A stretch of 63,754 nt of DNA, the filler included, from Craspedostauros australis (Eukaryota): NCBI GenBank assembly GCA_030167865.1. It is 9 parts of 9 records of this genome, joined end to end, with 100 filler letters (N's around TTAATTAATTAA, not from the genome) between each part and the next. Parts side by side here need not be neighbours in the genome. Positions count along the whole stretch, not along the records: positions 56,410 to 57,874 come from JALAGF010003717.1; positions 57,975 to 60,674 come from JALAGF010003719.1; positions 60,775 to 63,754 come from JALAGF010003724.1; 6 more parts are not named here. One strand, given 5' to 3'. Position 1 is the first letter of the stretch, and each line of letters begins with the position of its first letter. The notes beneath the pieces are model-generated. The model was given only the letters and a program-made list of their open reading frames with translations, made no database searches and had not been told where the DNA came from. Positions 56,410 to 63,754 of the stretch are shown piece by piece. A program made the position numbers and the translations under genes.

Positions 56410-57874
56410 ATGGAGATGACGGTCATCATTCCGCTGACCAGCCCAAAGACGATTCCGTATGCGTTGCCAGAGAAGGTGCTGGAGAAGATGCCCCATCCGA
56501 TCAATGCGCCGATTGGTTCGGAGACGCCGGAAAGGATCCCCCATCCGAACGCGTACCAGCGGCGTCCAGTGGCATAGTAGATGGGCATGGCAACACACAG
56601 ACCTTCGGGGATGTTGTGGACAGCAATGCCGACGGCAAGAGCGATGCCGACGGTCGGATCATCCACGTAGGAGACGAAGGTCACAAGGCCTTCCGGGAAG
56701 TTGTGGATGGCTGTCGTCACATGTTAGATGTTGGTGAATGTTGAGTAGTAATGATTGATATTGGTACACATTGGTACACATTGATGCACATTGATGCACA
56801 TTGATACATATTGGTACAGGTTCGTACGCAATGGCGCAAATATTAGTAGATACACAGAGAAGGTGGAATGATACGGTGAGAATCGATGAGTTGTCTTTTG
56901 GTGTGCACCACACAGTCAAGTCCAGATGATATTATACTTGCAGTTTGAGATCTGTTCCAACAAACACGAGCAGAGCAGAACAGAGCAGAACAGACCGTCA
57001 CTGTTTGCGTACCGATTGCGAGGGCCATCACGAAGCCCATGTGCATCAATGGTCTTTGATCAGCCTTGATGGCGGCGAGAGCTGAATCATCAGATGTATC
57101 TGACGAGCCATCGTCTTTCTCGACATCTTGCTTTCCATGGGTGGGGGATGAGGTTGGGTTGACACGGACCACACCTGGAGCAGCCTCATTTCCATCACTT
57201 CTGTGATTGGCACCATCGGCAGAAACGACCTCCTCGGATTCTTCAGCATCCACCATCTCCTTTGCCATTTCATGGATGCGGTCGATCTCCTTGGCCGGAT
57301 CAGGCTCCAGGTAGTGCATGGGACCAGCCGATGATAGGATGGGAGAAGGAGGTGCGTCCATGATTGGATCGTTGTGGCCAGCATGCATGATCACGTCGGC
57401 GGCAGTGACCATTTGGCCATTCATCATCTTCTCGACAAGCCAATTGAGGAACTGATGTGATGGAACACGAAGTCACAGAAGACCAATGGTGTATAGAGTA
57501 TGTACGTGCATTGGCAAGTGCATGTGCATGTGCATGTACATTGGCAAGTGCAAGTGCGAATGGAGAAGGCGAAGTTGAAAATGGGTGAGAATGTGAGAGA
57601 TTGCGGAATGTGGGTGTGTGAAACATGATGCTGAGACAAGAAGAGATGCAAGAGAGGCAGAGGGAAACGTACCAGCATGAGCATGCACCCTCCGAAGGAG
57701 GCAAGCGTGGCATAGATGAAGGCATCCTCCTCGCTGTGACCTTCATCCTCAAAGCCCGTGATGGCCTTGCCGTAGATATCCACAAGCGAGATGTACAGCA
57801 TCACGCCGGCAGCCGCTCCAAGGGAAATGGCCAACGTCTTGCGATTGGCAAGGGAGACCAGCTTGGGTGAGAAG
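56410..57874 (-). CDS. ZIP-family (ZupT-like) metal transporter, truncated at both ends; exons 57874-57673, 57451-57013, 56710-56410
   Basis: SLGAAAGVMLYISLVDI, ALAIAIHNFPEG, LAVGIAVHNIPEG, LSGVSEPIGA, GLVSGMM; introns keep frame. Confidence 0.93.
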
Positions 57875-57974
57875 NNNNNNNNNNNNNNNNNNNNNNNNNN
57901 NNNNNNNNNNNNNNNNNNTTAATTAATTAANNNNNNNNNNNNNNNNNNNNNNNNNNNNNNNNNNNNNNNNNNNN

Positions 57975-60600
57975 TCGCGTAGTCTCTCACCATCTGCCGC
58001 AGCTCAGCCTCGGGCCCTTGATCACTGTGGTGCATGGCTTGGTTCCTTTGGTACCAGTGCTCCCACGCAATTCTCCACACCTTCCGCACCACCTGCGCTG
58101 CCCATTTCTCCGCCGATCTCTTGCTACCTATGCGCACGTAGTACTCCGCCTGCAGGGTGGACCATGACGCGGCCATCACCCCCTTCAGGAACCTGCTCCA
58201 CCCGATCGCGCTTTGATCGTCCATCAGCTTGGCCTCTACTTGATTCGCCCGTATGCGTCCCACCGGGCCGAGCCTTCGGGACGTTTGCTTCACATTTCGT
58301 ACCATCACTTTGGCAAGACCTGGGTGGGTCGCCGCCTTCCGCAATGTCTTCCGTAACCGGTGTCGCTGCGTTCTCCACAACGCAAGGGATTCGTCAGATT
58401 GGCACACCCAAAGATGCTCGTGCGTCTCAGTCTCGCCGCACCGGGGGCACACATCCGTCACTCGCGCCTTCCACTGCACCATCCTGGTTCCCACTGCTGC
58501 CTCCTTCAACACAAGCTTCATCGTCAGCACTCTCTGCGTTTCAGACAGACTCGTCGCCGCCCGCCGCATGGCGCCCTCGTCCGCTTCGTCTTCCTTGCCT
58601 GTGTCGATGCCCCGTTCCCGCCGCACTCTGGTCATCGCTTCGCTGATGTTGGCGCCAGCTATATTGTCGTAGGTGATTCTCGATCGCTTGACGCCGCCCT
58701 TCCACACACTCCATGCTGCCTTCCCCGTGTGTTGATGGTAGCTCCAGCTGTCAGTGCTCTCTAGCAGCTCCCAGCGTTGCGCCGCCAGTCTGTCTGTGAT
58801 CACGTTCATGCGCTCCCATGCATCCAGCTCATGCAGCTGCTTGCGGCCGTCTTGATGACCTCGCACATGTTGACCGCTGACCTTCGTCCGCAGTTGTCTC
58901 CGCACGCGTATGGTGGCCACCATCATATCGTAGTCGGGGCTTGAGGGATCTGGATCGTCGTCCCACTCCAGCGACTTGAGCGCCTGCATGTTGTCGCAGC
59001 TCCATCGCATTTCCCCCCCTTCCATCTCATATCTTTTCTCCATTTCCCTGATCGTTAGGAGTGCACTGAATATGCCTGCGAGTTCTGCTCGCTGCGACGA
59101 CGTGGGTCCTTCCCGTCTCGGTGCCTCAAGCGTTCCGAAGGCGATCGATTCGAGCGTGGCATCTGTCGCCATCACCCACGCTGCCGATCCCTTACCTCCC
59201 TTCGCCGATCCATCGCTGCCTCCAACCGCTGTCCCGTCCTGAATACTCCTCGACATGTCTTGCCAGTCTGTCTCGCTGCGCACGTGTTGGATGGCCCAGG
59301 CTTCGTCCTCATCGAGGCTTCGCCACGCGTCTGGCATGGCCGAGGTGCTGAGGGTGGGCCTTTCGTCCTCCCACTCTCCTGTGGTCATCATGCGCAGACC
59401 ATCGCCCTGGAGATACCCGTCAGCTGGTACACCGGATCCGTCCCCCACGGCGTTGGGAATGCGTCGGAACATCCGTCGGTGTGATCTCATGGGCACTTCC
59501 TGCCACACAGTCCACTGCGCCTCTTTGACTTGCAACCTTCCTGTGGCTTCGCACCACCGCATCGGCGTTGTTGTCTCGTCTTTACGCCATCCTCCAAGCT
59601 TGTACTGATCGTGGAGCACTCCATCTCTCGTCGTCAGAGACTTCAGTTTGGCTCCCCAGGTTGTCCAGTAGGCCGCCTTGATCCGCCCGACTCTTGGAAT
59701 TTGCATCGTGCTCCGTCTGATCTGTGTGCTGTCTCCGTCAATTGCGGCCTGCCGCACACTTCGTCCGTCTGCCGATACAATCTCGGACATCCAGAAGACT
59801 TGTAGCGACCGTCTGCACAGATTTGCTTGCCTCATTTCCTCCGGGTCGCATATCGCTGCGAGGACGTCCATGATTGGCCGATCTCCTTGCCGTCTGGGGC
59901 TGGAGATCGAATTCCCCATCCGTACCTCGAGGTTCGCCGACGCCGCTTCTTCTGCTACGCTTGCCCACCACGATTGTGGGACTATCTTGGACCACTTGCT
60001 CCCAGTTGTCTGGAACAGATTGATGGTCCCTGCGCTTGCCGCTGCCGCCTCATACGAGACCCTCAGCATTTTCCCAGTGAGCGTTGACGCCTGCCAATGC
60101 CTGAAAATGGTGGAGACGTGTTGCGTCAGCTGTTGCCAGTACAGATGCTTGATGCCCAGCCCCAACATTTCTGTTGGGCCGAACACAATGCTTCTGGCAA
60201 CGTTGCGCTGGACTCCTGCTGCTGGGAGAGCCACTTGCAGCACTGGTCGCATCACTTCCTCACACTGGCTCTTGGTCAGGGTAGTCGCCGGTAGCGGATA
60301 CTCCAGCGTTTTCCAGATGGTGTGCCTTAAAGCCCTCCACACTTCTCTTCGGCTGAGTCTGCCCGCGCGCACTTTGCTCGCCCATTCCTTTGCTTTCTGG
60401 CACATGTCCTCGACTGCGTGGCGTTGATCTCCATCGGGGCTGGCCACAATTCCCAGCGTTCGCCGCGCCTCGGTGACCTCCAGTCGCTCGATGTCCGTAC
60501 GTTCATGGCTGTCAGGCTTCGTGATCCTTATGCTGCCTGGGACGTCCTCGCTCGCCCGATACTCCCATTTGTCATTCTTCCACACGAACGATATCCATAG
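57975..60600 (-). mobile_element. Non-LTR retrotransposon fragment: RT C-terminus, RNase H and CCHC knuckle
   Basis: ARRTLGI..SPDG, LEYPL, RNase H motifs SDGS, RAEL.G, CDN, HVRGHQD, N..TD.LA; CPRCG..ETHEHLW.C; uninterrupted frame of about 870 codons. Confidence 0.92.
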
Positions 60601-61575
60601 TGATTTTTCCCCACGACAGAGGACCCCCCTTGCGTCAGGACGCAGATGTTTACTAGCGGTGTGCGTGAACTGTTNNNNNNNNNNNNNNNNNNNNNNNNNN
60701 NNNNNNNNNNNNNNNNNNTTAATTAATTAANNNNNNNNNNNNNNNNNNNNNNNNNNNNNNNNNNNNNNNNNNNNCTGGATGAGAAGACACCACCCCAACG
60801 GCATGTGAAGCGACGCACGCTCCTGTTCCCAGCCACAGAGATGGAGCAAAACATTGCAATCACAATTGCCAATCTTTGGGCACGTCCGAATGGTCGCGGA
60901 CCTACCCCCTCTTGTTTGGAGCGGAGATTTGGTGTTCGTGTGCAGTGCTCTCCCCAAGCGACCGAGTCGCTCCAGCCTTTCTTTAGATTTGAAACCGCAA
61001 GAATGCAAGCACCATACTCTCCGGTTGACACCATGCGTTCCTTGGTGGCACTGTTGTGGGTCTCCGAATTGAATCCAAATTCGAATAATACAACACTGTG
61101 AACGGCGCGGCGTGACTTTGGTTCAAGTTTTGCTCTCGCCCTGCTTGCAACCGTCCAGTCGTCGTGACGTGCCAAGGTCGTAGAGGAGATGTATCCGACA
61201 CAAATACAGAAGTAGTACGGAAGAAATACGAGCCATTGAAGCATGATGAATCGCGTACTCGTGGAGTGGAGCAGCTCGTATGAGCAGCAGTGCGTCCAGA
61301 ATGGTGGTACTCTACGAGCTATCATACAAGTTAGTCTCGAAAGATGACACTCGAGTGAGTCTTGGCGCGAACTTCAATGCATGTAACATGAGGCCTCGAG
61401 TGTGCCTCGTCATTCGAATCAATCTCTGTGGCTGTTCCATTCACGAGACACTATTCACGTTCTACGTTATTCTACGCCACTCGTTTGCAATGCCGAGATT
61501 AGAACACGACATTGAACATGGAGGAACCGCGGTCAGGCGAAACTTGTACCCATCCGTACTTGTGCATACGTCGCC

Positions 61576-63027
61576 TCAGTTGGGCGGGAAGAGCATCCGC
61601 TCGAGGATCGAGACAGCTTCTTGAGCGCCGGTGGATTGGATGGGTGGATACTTGGCCCAATCCTTGCTGTCAGCACCCAGGAGTTCCTCGAAGTGCGCAC
61701 TGAGGTTGCATCCGTGGGCGGTACCCGACTGCATGAGGCTGTCGAAGTCGTTGCGGTCGCAGCCAAACAGCTCGGCTGGCTTCCATTCTGAAAAGATGAC
61801 AGGGCCGTGGGCGGAGTGCCATCGCTTCAGCGCAGCGTGTTCGGGCCAATCACGGCGCTCCATGCACAACGTTGGGACCTGGTGGAGCACGGCTTCCGTC
61901 TGAGTTCCGTACCCAGTCTTCGTCATGATGCAGTCAACCGATGCGACGATATCGATGTACGGGATGGACCGTTCCACGACGGATTGAGGAATGAAATCGG
62001 GTCGGCACTCATTGCGAGCACCTCGACGCGAGCTTGGAGATTTCAGCTCTGGATCGTTTCTTAAACCGTCTTGGTCGTGAGCGTCGGCGCTTTCGAACGC
62101 TGCCAATGCGGAATCTGGGAAGATGAACGCGGTGCCGTCGATCTTGGGCCATTGATTCAGGTACTCGGGAATGCCGTTGGACTTCAGCCCTCCGAGGCCA
62201 ATCAAGACGAATTTGTGGAAACGGCATCCGGTTGCTGTGAACACGATGTCTCGCAGATCACGCCGCGTGCCTTCGGATATGATCGGTCCAATCTCCTGCG
62301 TGTTGTGCAAACTTGCCATATCCATGGAAGGGGTGGGTCGTAGGAAGACGTCCGCCTTGGAGTACGCGTTCAGCATCTGCTCGTATGCCTCGGTCATGAC
62401 TGTTCTATCGAACTGAGTCTCGTGCTCGACGAAGTAGCCGTGAAAGATGTCGGCCCAATTTAAGCTGCACATGGCGACTGAAGGGATGCCCACGAGCGCC
62501 GCCGCTTCGATGGAGACGAAGGGTATGTTGCAGAACAGCACGTCCGGTTGGAGCTGCTCCAATTTGTACGCAGCCTCGGACACCCGCTGCTTGTAGTTCA
62601 AGTGATTGTCCAGATACCATCGGCCGCTGCTTTCGAGATCGCAAGTCATGGCATCGATCATGGATAGGCCGATATCTTGTTCATACGGAATCAGGCATAG
62701 GTTCGGGTCGGTCGTGCTGGTATGCCTTCCGTTTGCGCCAGGCTGATGTTCATCGCTGCTGGTGTTGTTGTCGCAATCAACACCTTGTTGGTAATTTGCA
62801 AAGGCATGCACGCGTTGCCGAATATTCTTGGTCTTATGGTTTGATCGGATGGTCAGCTTTAGGTTAGAGGGAGGATGTTGTGGTGCTTGTGATGGTGCTT
62901 GCAGTTGTGATTGGATGGGTGCTCGCTGTTTTAGGTTGGCGCAGAGAGAATTGAGGACGGCAGATGTTTGAGCTAAGTGGCCGAGGCCGTGCGCGGAAAG
63001 GTCCACGCACAGGTGCTTGATGTTCAT
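61576..63027 (-). CDS. GT-B fold glycosyltransferase-like protein (related to the L-arabinokinase N-terminal domain and bacterial hypothetical GTs)
   Basis: SAHGLGH, PDVLFCNIP, GIPSVAMCSLNWADIF, Y.DIVASVD.IMTK.GYGT..EA, R.DWPE; intronless; start ATG 63027. Confidence 0.8.
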   Translation of the reverse strand: MNIKHLCVDLSAHGLGHLAQTSAVLNSLCANLKQRAPIQSQLQAPSQAPQHPPSNLKLTIRSNHKTKNIRQRVHAFANYQQGVDCDNNTSSDEHQPGANGRHTSTTDPNLCLIPYEQDIGLSMIDAMTCDLESSGRWYLDNHLNYKQRVSEAAYKLEQLQPDVLFCNIPFVSIEAAALVGIPSVAMCSLNWADIFHGYFVEHETQFDRTVMTEAYEQMLNAYSKADVFLRPTPSMDMASLHNTQEIGPIISEGTRRDLRDIVFTATGCRFHKFVLIGLGGLKSNGIPEYLNQWPKIDGTAFIFPDSALAAFESADAHDQDGLRNDPELKSPSSRRGARNECRPDFIPQSVVERSIPYIDIVASVDCIMTKTGYGTQTEAVLHQVPTLCMERRDWPEHAALKRWHSAHGPVIFSEWKPAELFGCDRNDFDSLMQSGTAHGCNLSAHFEELLGADSKDWAKYPPIQSTGAQEAVSILERMLFPPN

Positions 63028-63754
63028 CGTGCAAGTCAATCGTAAAGGGACGTGTGGTGCGTGATGCGATGGGGGATATGTGGCTTGTGAAGCGTCCCGT
63101 GATAGTAGTGCATAATCGCTCCTTCGCATGTCCAATGATGATGATTGCAACAATGAGTGGTAACCCTGGTCGATGCGTGGCCGATACCGACGACGTCGGA
63201 AGTGGTTTGTTGCCCGATGACGGCAGAGGTCGCAACAGCAACGGATGTTGTTCCTGTTGTTGCGCTTGTGCAGTCGGTGTGATGGTTGTTGGCGTCAGCG
63301 TGGCAGAGCCGAGATTTTTGGACGGGTTCTCATTCCGAATCCCTTCGCTTTTCGCCGATGCTGCCTGTCGAGACAGACGGATTATTTTGGAAAATGTGGG
63401 ACCGGGTTCGGTCGTCCAAAATGAGAATCTTGGATCCGTCATTGGCGAATGTGTGATTGATCGTGACTCTAAGTAGAAAATAATGGAGAACTCGGAAGAA
63501 CATGGAAAATTGAGATATGGGACCAAAATACGACTGACCAAGATCATGTGATGAGANTCTGGAGATCACATGATGAGATTCAGAGCCCATGTGATGGAGT
63601 CTGATGACTATGTTATGTGACCTATCAACCATGTGTGAGAAACGAGCAACCATGCATGAGAAACAAGCAGATCACCAAGAGGCAAGACATCCAATCGTGC
63701 AGAAATATGAAGGCATGCCACTACACGGTGAACTGAGTAGAAATTGAAGAATGA

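Noticed and set aside
26874..60774. Recurring palindromic TTAATTAATTAA as a regulatory or recombination site
   Set aside because: Always centred in a 100-nt N spacer; it is an assembly linker.
60775..61101. Possible 3' end of a gene after the last gap
   Set aside because: Open for about 108 codons but no recognisable motif.
48413..63027. RT plus neighbouring genes as a retron, DGR or defence system
   Set aside because: Motifs are those of a LINE, and the neighbours are on separate contigs.

Overview
Eukaryotic nuclear DNA, most consistent with a diatom or related stramenopile: GT-AG introns, bipartite signal+transit peptides, HA-domain protein, COG3899-type ATPase, RNase H-bearing LINE. It is nine contigs joined by eight artificial 100-nt spacers (N-run, TTAATTAATTAA, N-run), so adjacency across spacers is unproven. 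Contig 1 (1-26873) is gene-dense: carnitine acyltransferase (missed by the ORF track), a secreted META-like protein, an HA-repeat protein, a sulfotransferase-like protein, two putative plastid membrane proteins, quinolinate synthase, an SLC10A7-like symporter, prefoldin 2, a four-RRM Gbp2-like protein, a CPSF30 homologue and ACBP. Later contigs hold a duplicated STAND-like ATPase (4488-bp terminal direct repeat), a large repeat protein, two LINE fragments, an inverted duplication with an HtrL/YibB-like gene, a ZIP transporter and a bacterial-like glycosyltransferase. The most interesting item is the CPSF30 + extra CCCH + divergent YTH + DCD fusion, head-to-head with the RRM gene. All family calls are by eye; no searches were run.
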